Assembly (NCBI GenBank): GCA_012520315.1 | Contig: JAAYOM010000059.1 | Coordinates: 25,316 to 89,315, forward strand | DNA: 64,000 nucleotides | From: Bacillota bacterium | GTDB taxonomy: Bacteria > Bacillota > Limnochordia > Darwinibacteriales > Darwinibacteriaceae | Direction: 5' to 3' | In this document: piece by piece, positions 43,977 to 53,695 of the stretch | How positions within the stretch are numbered: position 1 is the stretch's first letter | Layout: the number at the start of each line of letters is the position of its first letter | The notes under the pieces: generated by a model | What the model was told of the DNA's origin: nothing | The model's input: only the letters and a program-made list of their open reading frames with translations | The model's database searches: none | Program-made: the position numbers and the translations under genes

Positions 43977-45401
43977 TTACGCTTGTTCCCGTTTCTCTGT
44001 CAGCCATTGGTGAATGCCAAGGGCCGCACGCTTACCGGCACCCATGGCACTGATTACGGTTGAAGCACCGGTGGTAATATCACCGCCGGCCCAAACACCT
44101 GGAATGCTGGTGGCACCGCATTCGTCAAAGGTAGCAATATTGCCCCACTTGTTTAACTCCAATCCGTCCACTCTGGTGGTCAGCATGGGGTTTGCTCCTT
44201 GCCCGACAGCCACGATAACGGTATCAACGTCCATCGTAAATAAGGAACCAGGAATCTCAACCGGTCTTCTGCGGCCGCTGCTGTCAGGTTCACCAAGCTG
44301 CATCCTTACGCATTCCATGGCCCGAACACAGAACCTATCGTCCCCGAGAATGCGGGCAGGGTTGGTGAGGAGCTGGAGCTTGATTCCTTCTTCCTCAGCG
44401 TTTTCGATCTCCTCGATACGGGCAGGCATCTCTTCACGGCTCCGCCGGTAGACAATGCTCACCTCTTCCGCCCCTAGCCTTAGGGCAACTCGAGCTGCAT
44501 CCATGGCAACGTTGCCAGCCCCTATGACCGCAACACGGCGACCTACTTTAATCGGCGTATCATATTCAGGGAAGAGATACGCTTTCATGAGGTTGGCCCT
44601 GGTCAAAAACTCATTGGCGCTGTATACGCCGTTGAGGTTTTCGCCGGGAATGTTTAAGAAATAGGGCAGACCCGCACCTGTACCAATGAAGGCAGCAGCG
44701 TACTTGCCTGAAGACAGCATTTCATTGAAATCTAATGTGAGCCCCACTGCCACATTAGTAAATATATTGACTCCCAACGATTTTACATACTCTACCTCTT
44801 CATCTACAATCGACTTGGGCAGACGGAATTCGGGGATTCCATAGCGCAAAACTCCCCCTGTATCATGGAGTGCTTCAAAGATATCTACTCCATAGCCATA
44901 GCCTGCCAGATCGGCAGCACAGGTTAATCCAGCAGGGCCTGAGCCGATTATGGCAATGCGCTCTTTATATTTTGGTTTAGCCTGCTGCCCATCTGCTGCT
45001 TCGCCCCGTGCCTTTTTTGCTGCACTGGCCTGGTCAGCAACAAAGCGCTCCAACATTCCGATCGCTATGGGCTGTCCCCTTCTGGCCAATACGCAGACCT
45101 GCTCACACTGGGTCTCCTGGGGACACACCCGACCGCAAACCGCCGGCAGGCTGTTCTTCTCTTTGATCTTGGCGTCTGCAGCTTCAAAGTCTCCTTTGAG
45201 TATCAACTGAATGAACTCCGGGATAGGAACTTCTACAGGGCACCCGCTGACGCATGGCTTGTGCCTGCAGTTCAAGCAACGTTCCGCCTCGGCAATAGCC
45301 AGTTCCGGCTCAAGTCCCAGGGCAACTTCTTTAAAATCAGTACCGCGCTCTTTTGGATCACGCCTGGGCATTTCAACTCGGGTCTTACTTGCTCTTGTCA
45401 T
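43977..45401 (-). CDS. nfnB: NADH-dependent reduced-ferredoxin:NADP+ oxidoreductase large subunit (GltD/SudA-like)
   Basis: N-terminal Fe-S Cys motifs (CLNCRHKPCVSGCP) and the FAD/NAD motif IAIIGSGPAGLTCA are present in a 474-aa product. It is paired with a PyrK-like subunit. Confidence 0.8.
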   Translation of the reverse strand: MTRASKTRVEMPRRDPKERGTDFKEVALGLEPELAIAEAERCLNCRHKPCVSGCPVEVPIPEFIQLILKGDFEAADAKIKEKNSLPAVCGRVCPQETQCEQVCVLARRGQPIAIGMLERFVADQASAAKKARGEAADGQQAKPKYKERIAIIGSGPAGLTCAADLAGYGYGVDIFEALHDTGGVLRYGIPEFRLPKSIVDEEVEYVKSLGVNIFTNVAVGLTLDFNEMLSSGKYAAAFIGTGAGLPYFLNIPGENLNGVYSANEFLTRANLMKAYLFPEYDTPIKVGRRVAVIGAGNVAMDAARVALRLGAEEVSIVYRRSREEMPARIEEIENAEEEGIKLQLLTNPARILGDDRFCVRAMECVRMQLGEPDSSGRRRPVEIPGSLFTMDVDTVIVAVGQGANPMLTTRVDGLELNKWGNIATFDECGATSIPGVWAGGDITTGASTVISAMGAGKRAALGIHQWLTEKREQA

Positions 45402-45407
45402 CGCTGC

Positions 45408-46241
45408 TTATTCCCTCCCAAAAGTCTGACACGTCTCTGCATGTTCTTCTTGATCCCTGTAATATCCTTGTCTCAGCACCAACTCGTTAAAGTCCACCGC
45501 ATGCCCATCGAAGTCAGGCCCGTCTACACAGGCAAACTTGGTCTCACCATTAATGGAAACCCGGCAGCCGCCACACATTCCAGTTCCATCGATCATAATG
45601 GAATTTAGGCTGACTAATGTGGGCAGATCGAACTCCTTCGTAACCTGACAGGAGGCCTGCATCATCCGGGCAGGTCCTATCGCAATGGCTAAATCGAACT
45701 TTTCGCCCTGTTCCAGCATGCGACGCAGGGGGTCTGTAACAAGACCCTTCTCTCCATCACTTCCATCGTCTGTCATAATAATCACTTCGTCGCTTAAGTC
45801 CTCGACTTCATCACGCAAAATCAGAAGTTCCTTTGAACGGGCTCCCAAGATGGAAACGATCTCTGCACCCGCCTTGCGGTAGGCACGCAAAAGCGGCAGC
45901 ATCGGTGCGACACCTATGCCGCCCATTACTGCCACAACTCTCTTTACATCCGGGTTGATTTCTGTCGCAGTACCCAAGGGCCCGAGGACATCTCTCAGAT
46001 TATCCCCTGATTCGAGTTGAACTAGATCCCTTGTACTTTTCCCAACCGCTTGAATGATCAGGGTAAGAGTGCCGCGCTCAGCGTCGCTGTTGCTAATGGT
46101 CAAAGGGATTCTTTCGCCGACCTCTGACACTCGAACAATCACAAAATTGCCTGCCCTGGCCTTGGCAGCCACGAGGGGGGCTTCAATTACCATCCGGTAA
46201 ATATTTTCAGCTAACAGGTCCTTTTCAAGCACCTTAAACAT
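45408..46241 (-). CDS. nfnA: NfnA / SudB-like ferredoxin-NADP reductase-type subunit
   Basis: The fold is PyrK-like, with a C-terminal 2Fe-2S motif (DGTGMCGGCRVSINGETKFACVDGP). I placed the start at ATG 46241, with GGAGG upstream. Confidence 0.8.
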   Translation of the reverse strand: MFKVLEKDLLAENIYRMVIEAPLVAAKARAGNFVIVRVSEVGERIPLTISNSDAERGTLTLIIQAVGKSTRDLVQLESGDNLRDVLGPLGTATEINPDVKRVVAVMGGIGVAPMLPLLRAYRKAGAEIVSILGARSKELLILRDEVEDLSDEVIIMTDDGSDGEKGLVTDPLRRMLEQGEKFDLAIAIGPARMMQASCQVTKEFDLPTLVSLNSIMIDGTGMCGGCRVSINGETKFACVDGPDFDGHAVDFNELVLRQGYYRDQEEHAETCQTFGRE

Positions 46242-46332
46242 TACATCGCCTCCTACTTCCGCAGCTCCCATCGCCAGCACCATTATTGCTGGGCAGCCTC
46301 AGAAGTTTACTCAATAAATATGTCCTGATAAC

Positions 46333-46362
46333 ATTATATTGCATTATGCAGGAGGACTGCAA
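46333..46362 (-). promoter_or_regulatory. candidate sigma-A promoter for nfnAB
   Basis: On the minus strand: TTGCAG (46362-46357), an 18-nt spacer and TATAAT (46338-46333), giving a leader of about 90 nt. Confidence 0.45.
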
Positions 46363-46402
46363 CCCTAGAATGGACACTAAGGGTTCAAGCCCAGCCTGGA
46401 GC

Positions 46403-46434
46403 ATAATAAAGCCTCCCACCTGACGGTGGGAGGC
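46403..46434 (-). terminator. rho-independent terminator after potD
   Basis: A perfect 10-bp stem (GCCTCCCACC / GGTGGGAGGC) with a 4-nt loop is followed on the minus strand by TTTATTAT. Confidence 0.65.
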
Positions 46435-46451
46435 CGCGCTTCTATTCAATC

Positions 46452-47525
46452 CTATCTAAGTTTGAACTCCAAGTAGATGTGTTCGTACTCATCTAATACC
46501 TTGTCTACAGCAATGTAGAAGCTGGTGTTTTCCAAAACTTCGTCCGCTAGATTGAGCATAGGATTGTTCTTGAAATCTTCTGGCAAGAACTCTTCAGCAG
46601 CCTTGTTGGGGCTGGTGAACTTGGTCAAGTCAGCAATTCGGGCTGCGATCTCCGGCCTCATGATGAAGTTTAGGAACTGGTAGGCGCCCTCCTTGTTTGG
46701 TGCCTCCTTAGACATTACCCAGGAATCAATGAAAATGGGCATACCTTCAACTGGAAATACCGGGGCAAGATCCGGACGAGCCTGAACGCCCTTAACTGCC
46801 TGGTTGGAATACATAAACCCAGCGACTGCCTCGCCGTTAACCAGAGAATCTTCTGGCGTGTTGGTCTCAAAACGGACAATATTGGGTTTGAGGGCAAAGA
46901 GCTTCTCCCTTGCTTTTGCAACTTTCTCCGGATCAGTCTCGTTATACTCATAGCCTAGAGCTTTCAGCGCCACTCCCATAATCTCTACTGACCAGTCAAC
47001 AACAACTACATTGTTAACCAGTTCTTTCTGCCATAAATCATTGTAACCGGTAATGGGTTGTGCCCCTAAAGACTCCACAGCTGCGGGGTTAACCAACAAC
47101 AGGGAAGTGGAGACTGCATAGGGTATGGAATACTCGTCTGTCGGATCATAATAAGGCCCATGGTAGACTGGGTTGATATTGGCATAATTCGGCAGCTGAT
47201 CTTTGTCCAGAACTCCCAGCATATTGGTCTGCCTGAGGATATCCACCATGTAGTCGGTAACCACTGCCAAATCGTATTGATCAGGATTTGCTTCGAGCAA
47301 CGACTGCATATCTTCGTTTGACGTAACCTCTTTGTAATGGACTTTAATACCTGTTTCTGCTTCGAACTCGTTAATGATCTCTCTGGGGATAAAATCTCCG
47401 CCCCAAGTCATGAGGTTGATTTCACCTGCGGCTGCAACTGCTTGTTCCACGGAAAGTACCAATGTCACCGCCAGCAAAGCGACCATTAACATGCCAACGA
47501 CCTGACTGAATCTTTGGTTTTTCAT
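46452..47525 (-). CDS. potD: spermidine/putrescine ABC transporter substrate-binding protein
   Basis: It has a signal peptide and a 357-aa PotD-like SBP sequence (INLMTWGGDFIP, YDLAVVTDYMV). It is the last gene of a potABCD-order operon. Confidence 0.85.
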   Translation of the reverse strand: MKNQRFSQVVGMLMVALLAVTLVLSVEQAVAAAGEINLMTWGGDFIPREIINEFEAETGIKVHYKEVTSNEDMQSLLEANPDQYDLAVVTDYMVDILRQTNMLGVLDKDQLPNYANINPVYHGPYYDPTDEYSIPYAVSTSLLLVNPAAVESLGAQPITGYNDLWQKELVNNVVVVDWSVEIMGVALKALGYEYNETDPEKVAKAREKLFALKPNIVRFETNTPEDSLVNGEAVAGFMYSNQAVKGVQARPDLAPVFPVEGMPIFIDSWVMSKEAPNKEGAYQFLNFIMRPEIAARIADLTKFTSPNKAAEEFLPEDFKNNPMLNLADEVLENTSFYIAVDKVLDEYEHIYLEFKLR

Positions 47526-48314
47526 TTACAAATCCTCCTTATGTCGTTTCTTAGTGAACAATTGACTCAAGCCAACTACAAAAAACATTCCAACCAAAAT
47601 CAGTGTGCAGAGCGCATTGACCTTGGGTGTAACTCCAACGCGCATCATTGAGAAAATGTGAACGGGCAGTGTAGTCGTTCTAGGACCAGACATATATGTG
47701 GAGATTATCACATCGTCCAGGGACATAGCCAGTGCCAGGAGCGATGCGGTGATGATTGAAGGTGTCACCAAGGGCAAGATAATCGTCCGGGTGGCCTGCC
47801 ACCTCGTAGCTCCCAAATCTCTAGCCGATTCTAAAATGGAGCGGTCGATTTCTTTCAGCCTTAGCTGCACCATGATATACACATAGGGCACACAGAACAA
47901 GGAGTGGGATGCAACCAGCGTGAAATGTCCAAAAGGCAGGTTCAAGAGGTTGAAGAAAATGAGGAGTGCAATTCCTAGAGCAACCTCCGGAATCAGCAAA
48001 GGAAGGATCATTACTCCCTGGATTGCCCTCTTCATCCCAGCTGTCGACCGCATAGCCACAACTGCACTGGCAGTACCCAGTATTGCCGAGACAATAGATG
48101 TGATTACTGCCACTTCCATGCTTATGCGAAAGGATGCTGCGATAACCCGATCCTCAAACAGTGTCCGGTACCAGTCTAAAGTAAATCCTGTCCACTGTGC
48201 CGTTGAGGGGCTGGCATTGAACGAATACAGGATCACACTTAAAACTGGCAAATACAAAATTACAAAGAACAGCGACAGATAAAAAGTGCCAAATCTGCTT
48301 GTTTTCATCCTCAT
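47526..48314 (-). CDS. potC: spermidine/putrescine ABC transporter permease
   Basis: The 262-aa six-TM permease has an EAA loop (ESARDLGATRWQATRTIILP). Confidence 0.85.
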   Translation of the reverse strand: MRMKTSRFGTFYLSLFFVILYLPVLSVILYSFNASPSTAQWTGFTLDWYRTLFEDRVIAASFRISMEVAVITSIVSAILGTASAVVAMRSTAGMKRAIQGVMILPLLIPEVALGIALLIFFNLLNLPFGHFTLVASHSLFCVPYVYIMVQLRLKEIDRSILESARDLGATRWQATRTIILPLVTPSIITASLLALAMSLDDVIISTYMSGPRTTTLPVHIFSMMRVGVTPKVNALCTLILVGMFFVVGLSQLFTKKRHKEDL

Positions 48315-49159
48315 AGGAATAATCCTTCCGCATCGTCTTTCGCTACTTTTCCATAAATGGAAATAACCAGCAAGACGACAATAATCATGGCAATAGAAAA
48401 GGCTGCGGCTAGCGGTCTGTTTCTGCCCCTGGTCACCTGTGTGTTGATTAGGTTCCCCAAAAAGATGGTATTGCCGCCGCCAAGCAGATCAGAGACGTAG
48501 AACAAACCGAGGGCGGGAATAAAAACCAGGGTAAACCCCCCTGCGATGCCGGGCAGTGTCAGGGGAAGCGTAATATTGAAAAAGGTCTGGCGCCTGTTCG
48601 CCCCCAGATCATAGGACGCTTCCAGCAATGATCTGTCCAATTTGTCCACAGAGTTGAAAATGGCCACGATAGCAAAGGGAATCAGCATATAGGCGGTACC
48701 CACAAGGGTGGTGCCAAATTTGTACATCATGGGCAGCGGCTTATCTATAATGCCTAGGCCAAGCAAGATATTGTTTACTATCCCAGCATTGCCAAGGAGG
48801 ATCATCCAGCCGTAAGTCCTCAGCAGGCTGGAAATCCAAAACGGAAGCATAATCAAACCGATGGACAGTGCACGCTTCTTGGGCTCTAAATTCGCGGTAA
48901 TATACGCTACTGGGTAACCCACCACGATCGTAACTAGGCCTGTCAAAAAAGCCAAAAGCAGTGAGTTGCGGAAGACTCTCAAATAAATGGGATCGAGCAC
49001 TCTTTGCCAGTTCTCAAGAGTAAACTGAAAAACGATTGTTCCCAAAGAGTCCCGGGACAAAAAGCTGAGGACAAACACAAAAACCAAAGGTATGCCCACT
49101 AAAAGGCCAAGCCAGACCAGAATCGGCACGGCTAAAAGGTTCCGTTTCAGCGTCTGCAT
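48311..49159 (-). CDS. potB: spermidine/putrescine ABC transporter permease
   Basis: An EAA loop is present (EASYDLGANRRQTFFNITLP). I placed the start at ATG 49159 (MQTLKRN), with GGGGGAGG upstream and 1 nt after the potA stop. Confidence 0.85.
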   Translation of the reverse strand: MQTLKRNLLAVPILVWLGLLVGIPLVFVFVLSFLSRDSLGTIVFQFTLENWQRVLDPIYLRVFRNSLLLAFLTGLVTIVVGYPVAYITANLEPKKRALSIGLIMLPFWISSLLRTYGWMILLGNAGIVNNILLGLGIIDKPLPMMYKFGTTLVGTAYMLIPFAIVAIFNSVDKLDRSLLEASYDLGANRRQTFFNITLPLTLPGIAGGFTLVFIPALGLFYVSDLLGGGNTIFLGNLINTQVTRGRNRPLAAAFSIAMIIVVLLVISIYGKVAKDDAEGLFL

Positions 49160-49160
49160 C

Positions 49161-50261
49161 CTAGACCTCCCCCTCTGCCCAGCCATCTTCGGGAGGAAGT
49201 AAAGTGGCCCCATGGTCTTCCCAGGTTACATAAACCTGATCGCCTGCCTCACAGTCACAGTCAATTTTTTGGTATTCCACAACAGTAATTGACTTATTGC
49301 CAACTTTGATCCGAATGCGGATCTGTGACCCTGCATAGTGAACTGATAAGACTTCGCCAACAAATGCATTGGCTGTCTGTTCACAGGAGACACGCATCTT
49401 ATCCATATGAACTGCCAAGATGGCAGTCTGGCCTTCTTCTATGCGGTGCTGCCCGGAATTTCTGATTGTCACCACATGCTCGCCAAACTGAACCTGTGCA
49501 TGGGTCTCAGAGGTTTCCACAACTTTGACCTGCAAAATATTGCGATCACCGATAAAGGTAGTGACAAAATAGTTGACGGGATTATTATAAATATCCCGTG
49601 GACTGCCTAGCTGCTGCACCACGCCCTGATCCATAACTACTATACGGTCAGACATATTCAGGGCTTCCTCCTGGTCATGGGTGACATAGACAAATGTAGT
49701 GCCTGTTTTTTTCTGCAGCTGAGATAATTCGGTCTGCATGTGCTTCCTCAGTTTTAGATCCAAAGCCCCTAAAGGTTCGTCTAAAAGCAAAATAGCAGGC
49801 TCATTGATTAGCGCCCTGGCAATGGCAATCCTTTGCCTTTGCCCGCCGGACAATTGATGGGGCATGCGTTTTTCATAGCCAAGCATCTGCACAAGTTCTA
49901 AAACATCTGCAACCTTGCCCTTGAGCTCCCCTTCGCCCATGGACTTTTTGACCCTAGGGCCGTAGGCAATATTATCATAGACATTGAGGTGAGGAAACAA
50001 GGCATAGTTTTGAAATACAGTGTTCACGTTGCGCTTGTTTGGTGCCATGCCCCTTATGGAGCTGCCGTTTAAGAGGATGTCTCCCGAATGGACGCTCTCC
50101 AAGCCGGCAATGCATCTCAAGAGGGTTGTCTTGCCGCATCCGGAAGGTCCCAGCAGCGTCAGAAATTCCCCCTGTCTTATGTCAAACGAGATGTCTTTCA
50201 ACACATGAAAATCACCGAAAAACTTATTAATGTTGACTAGAGAAAGCAGTGGCTGTTTCAC
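49161..50261 (-). CDS. potA: spermidine/putrescine ABC transporter ATP-binding protein
   Basis: Walker A (GPSGCGKTT), the signature LSGGQRQR, Walker B (LLLDEP) and a C-terminal TOBE-like domain are present. I moved the start to GTG 50261 (GGAAAGGGG 6 nt upstream) because a strong promoter lies inside the longer track ORF. Confidence 0.8.
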   Translation of the reverse strand: MKQPLLSLVNINKFFGDFHVLKDISFDIRQGEFLTLLGPSGCGKTTLLRCIAGLESVHSGDILLNGSSIRGMAPNKRNVNTVFQNYALFPHLNVYDNIAYGPRVKKSMGEGELKGKVADVLELVQMLGYEKRMPHQLSGGQRQRIAIARALINEPAILLLDEPLGALDLKLRKHMQTELSQLQKKTGTTFVYVTHDQEEALNMSDRIVVMDQGVVQQLGSPRDIYNNPVNYFVTTFIGDRNILQVKVVETSETHAQVQFGEHVVTIRNSGQHRIEEGQTAILAVHMDKMRVSCEQTANAFVGEVLSVHYAGSQIRIRIKVGNKSITVVEYQKIDCDCEAGDQVYVTWEDHGATLLPPEDGWAEGEV

Positions 50262-50306
50262 AAAGAGCCCCTTTCCAGCTTGCGCAACTATTGTGGTTGT
50301 AAAATT

Positions 50307-50335
50307 AGTATAGTTTAACAAATATTGTCTGTCAA
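50307..50335 (-). promoter_or_regulatory. candidate sigma-A promoter of potABCD
   Basis: On the minus strand: TTGACA (50335-50330), a 17-nt spacer and TATACT (50312-50307). Confidence 0.55.
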
Positions 50336-50340
50336 AGTGT

Positions 50341-50898
50341 TCATTGAGCTGCCAGCGGCGACACCCTCTCATAAACTCCGCTTTTTCTTGCCAGAAGGCT
50401 AAACTCAACTAGATCTTTGCGGATCGTGCAAAAGTCATCATGAAAATCGGCAATGATGAGATTGACTTCCTTTTCGGTGTAAGTTCGCCCCTTGTCAAAG
50501 CTTTCAGCGATTTTTTCCAACACAATGCGCCTCTTCATCTTCTGGACAGGTAGACACTGAAGTTTACCAGCTTTGAAACAGGAGGCTATCACCTGTTCAC
50601 GATATTCATCCTCCCTTTGGGCTGGAAGGTGATCCCCGAGACAACCTGCCTGAACTAGTTCGCCGAGGGTGAGCTGGAATACATCTTCGTTGAGGCTGTA
50701 GATGGTGTAATACTGTTCTTTTCGGGAAGACACTATCTTCGCTTCCATCAGCTTTTTCAAATGGAAACAGACAGTGGATTTGGACAAATCCAGCCTTTCA
50801 GCTAGCAGTTCAACGTACATTGCCTCGATCATCAGGCTGTTTACTATGCGCAATCTGGAGTTATCTGAAAGGCACTTGAAAATTTCTGTTGGATTCAT
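50341..50898 (-). CDS. ArsR-family HTH regulator fused to a DUF2087 domain
   Basis: The N-terminus (FKCLSDNSRLRIVNSLM...STVCFHLKKL) is an ArsR-type winged helix. The C-terminus (GRTYTEKEVNLIIADFHDDFCTIRKDLVEFSLLAR) matches the DUF2087 pattern. Confidence 0.7.
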   Translation of the reverse strand: MNPTEIFKCLSDNSRLRIVNSLMIEAMYVELLAERLDLSKSTVCFHLKKLMEAKIVSSRKEQYYTIYSLNEDVFQLTLGELVQAGCLGDHLPAQREDEYREQVIASCFKAGKLQCLPVQKMKRRIVLEKIAESFDKGRTYTEKEVNLIIADFHDDFCTIRKDLVEFSLLARKSGVYERVSPLAAQ

Positions 50899-51070
50899 GC
50901 ACACACTTGATCAACGCCCATTTCACAAAGTAATTTTGCTAACGGCTTTATCCAGCCGCATTGATTATTCTATACTAGATTGCTCTTTATTTCAACATGC
51001 ATATACTTATATTATCAAATCTAATTCGACATAGGCTGATGTAGATTTGTGCAGATGTGTCCTCGACGCG

Positions 51071-51095
51071 AAAAAGGTCAGGCCTTCGCCTGACC
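51071..51095 (-). terminator. rho-independent terminator ending the ABC/TolC-like operon
   Basis: An 8-bp stem (GGTCAGGC / GCCTGACC) with a 4-nt loop is followed by TTTTT on the minus strand, 12 nt after the stop at 51108. Confidence 0.65.
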
Positions 51096-51107
51096 GCTTT
51101 CTCCAGT

Positions 51108-52370
51108 CTAGCTTTCCCTCAAAGCCTCTACAGGGGGAAGCTTTGAGGCCTGCAGGGCGGGGTAAAAGCCAAAGACTTGCCCCATCGCAACTGCCATGGC
51201 AAAAGATATCAAGGCTGCTGCAGGATGCAGCCCCCCTATATTGTTCAGTCTTGGATAGGTAATCTCCTGGACCAGCATATTAATGAGGCGATCAGCGGTA
51301 AAGTAGGCTGCAGCTAGACCGCAGGCCGCACCCAGTACCGAAAAGACCAGGGACTCGTTGAGAATCTGCCTGACAATGACTCCCTTTGATGCCCCTAAAG
51401 CCTTTCTTAAGCCGATTTCCCTTGTCCGTTCCACCACACTGACCAGCATGATGCTCAAAATGCCAATTGCGCTAATCAAGATGGAAATAAAGGCAAAAGC
51501 ACCCAAAAAGAGGGTGATAGTACGAATCTGGTCCCGGAAGAAGCGGGTGGACTCTGCGAAGTATTCACCCCGAACTTCCATCTCACCTAAAGAACGATCA
51601 GCCAGCAGCACCTGGGCTTCTTCCACAGCTTCATACACCATATTTGGTTTAGCTCTAATAATGATCTCGTGGTACAAAGGTTCATGATCCATCTCTGCCA
51701 TCCAGGCGGGCTGGGCGGCCCCTAGGGGGAAAATCAGATGAGCCTGGGAGATAAAAAACTCCAGAAGCGGCGATTGGAGTTTGTAGACCCCAATTACCCT
51801 AAACTCCGTACTAGCTTCTCCGTAGTTCCCCAGGTAAATAGACTTTCCCAGGGCAGACTGCTTTGGAAAAAGCTGCTCAGCAATGACCTCTGAAACCAGG
51901 ACAACCTTGTTCTTCTGCTCCTGATCAGCTTCAGTAAAAAACTGCCCCTCTACAAGCTCCAAACCCATGGTCTGTGCATAACCTGAGGTTGCTTCCGCCG
52001 TGCTGAACACACTATAGCCCACACCGTCTACCACAATACTCCGTTCCCATTGGCTTTGAAAGATAAAGGCAGAATCAATATACTCACTTGCTTCAAGCCT
52101 GGCTAAATCGCTGAAACGCAAATTACTGGTGGAACTGACCATCATTCCTCCATCCTCGAACTCTTCGTACTGAGCAACGCTAATTTTCGCCAAAGTGCTG
52201 CCCAGAGTTTCGGTTAGTGTGTCCATTGTGCCGGTAGCTTGCAGATTCAGGGACAAAATGATTGCCACAATCCAAACTCCCAAACCCATCTGGAGGATGG
52301 TCAAAAAAGAGCGCAGCGGTCTTTTAGCCATAACCCTTGCCGTAAACTTAAAAGTTTCCAACTCCATCAC
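51108..52370 (-). CDS. MacB/FtsX-type ABC permease (permease 2)
   Basis: The 420-aa product has TM1, a large extracytoplasmic domain and a C-terminal FtsX three-TM module (REIGLRKALGASKGVIVRQILNESL, PPVEALRES). Confidence 0.85.
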   Translation of the reverse strand: MMELETFKFTARVMAKRPLRSFLTILQMGLGVWIVAIILSLNLQATGTMDTLTETLGSTLAKISVAQYEEFEDGGMMVSSTSNLRFSDLARLEASEYIDSAFIFQSQWERSIVVDGVGYSVFSTAEATSGYAQTMGLELVEGQFFTEADQEQKNKVVLVSEVIAEQLFPKQSALGKSIYLGNYGEASTEFRVIGVYKLQSPLLEFFISQAHLIFPLGAAQPAWMAEMDHEPLYHEIIIRAKPNMVYEAVEEAQVLLADRSLGEMEVRGEYFAESTRFFRDQIRTITLFLGAFAFISILISAIGILSIMLVSVVERTREIGLRKALGASKGVIVRQILNESLVFSVLGAACGLAAAYFTADRLINMLVQEITYPRLNNIGGLHPAAALISFAMAVAMGQVFGFYPALQASKLPPVEALRES

Positions 52371-52375
52371 TCCCT

Positions 52376-53683
52376 TTAGTCAGTACGCAAGGCGTCTACC
52401 GGATTGGTTCTAGATCCAAGGTAAGCTGGGTAAACTCCAAAGAGGAGGCTCACTATTAGTCCCAGGGCAAAGCCAAGAAATATGCGTGTTCCCAGCATAC
52501 CTGTGTCGAAAAAGGCGCCAAGTGCCCTTTGCAACACATTAACCAACGCAAAGGACAGGAAAATACCGAAGATCGACCCGACAAGCCCGAGGGTGATCGC
52601 CTCCAGCATAAACTGTCTGAACACCATGTGCCGAGAACTGCCCAGGGCCATAGACAGGCCAATGGATTTTGTTCGTTTCAAAACCCTAGCAAGCATCAAG
52701 TTTAGAATATTGATCACCGCAATAACCAACCCTACAGAGGCTAGGACTCCAATCAGCAAAGCATAGCGCTGCATTTGCTTTTGCGACTCCCTGAACTCCA
52801 AGAGGGAGCTGCGCACCGCAATTAGATCCCCCCAGATTAAGCGGGCTTCACCCTCCACCGTCTCTGTTGCCGCGGCGATGTCAACACCTACATCAAGGCC
52901 AATAGAGACATTGGAAAACTGCGTCTGCCCACCTTCTCTGAAATAATCATAGGGCGAGCTTGTAACAGGGGCGTAAGCCATGCGCGGATCTCGATAAACG
53001 GTTAGTCCCCCTTCCGTGTCAGGTGGAGATTCAAGAACTCCAATTACAGTATAATCCAGGGTTTCCTCACCGCCGTGGACCGCCAAAGGAACTACCTGGC
53101 CTATGGGGTCATCTGAACCAAAGAGCTCTGCAGCTAAACTGTCCGGCAAGATAAGTACCCGGCTTTGGTTTTTCAGATCGTCAGCCACAAAGAAGTTGCC
53201 CCTTTGCAGCATTGCACCGCTGAAGGCAAAGTAACCCGGTGTGGTTCCCGTCACAAAAATGCGGTTTGCACCGTAAAATCTTGCAGCCATGGACATGTCA
53301 TCAGAGTCTTCTTCCGGGAGGAGGGGTGTTTCTGCCAGCCAGAAGCTTTCTACATAGGCGTGCATATTTGCAGGCAAGTGCCTGTGCAGCTCTTCCACTT
53401 CCTCCAGATTTGCACTCCAGTCTCCGCTCTCGGTTTCGGAACCAAGCAGCACCAGCGGGGCGCCGTCGCGCCTGCTGGATTCGGCCTTCCCTATAATTTC
53501 CAAAGTTCTAAAGTGCAGAGCCTCTTCATTGCCGCGCAGCTGCTGGCCCACAGATAAGAGCATGGCCAGGACAGTGATGATTACACCTACCCCCAGAGTG
53601 ATAGCTGTCACTACAAGCAAGGACTCCAGGAGCTGTTTTTTCGAATGTCGAACCGACCACTTAAACTGGTCCCATAGTGGCAA
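52376..53683 (-). CDS. MacB/FtsX-type ABC permease (permease 1)
   Basis: The 435-aa product has the same topology (KSIGLSMALGSSRHMVFRQFMLEAI, NPVDALRTD). Confidence 0.85.
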   Translation of the reverse strand: MPLWDQFKWSVRHSKKQLLESLLVVTAITLGVGVIITVLAMLLSVGQQLRGNEEALHFRTLEIIGKAESSRRDGAPLVLLGSETESGDWSANLEEVEELHRHLPANMHAYVESFWLAETPLLPEEDSDDMSMAARFYGANRIFVTGTTPGYFAFSGAMLQRGNFFVADDLKNQSRVLILPDSLAAELFGSDDPIGQVVPLAVHGGEETLDYTVIGVLESPPDTEGGLTVYRDPRMAYAPVTSSPYDYFREGGQTQFSNVSIGLDVGVDIAAATETVEGEARLIWGDLIAVRSSLLEFRESQKQMQRYALLIGVLASVGLVIAVINILNLMLARVLKRTKSIGLSMALGSSRHMVFRQFMLEAITLGLVGSIFGIFLSFALVNVLQRALGAFFDTGMLGTRIFLGFALGLIVSLLFGVYPAYLGSRTNPVDALRTD

Positions 53684-53695
53684 CGCTATCCCCTC

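Noticed and set aside
50899-51070. AT-rich short palindromes (e.g. ATATA-AG-TATAT) upstream of the ArsR-DUF2087 gene as an operator
   Set aside because: The arms are only 5 bp in an AT-rich promoter region (TTGAAA-17-TAGAAT is nearby). This is not distinguishable from chance without comparative data.
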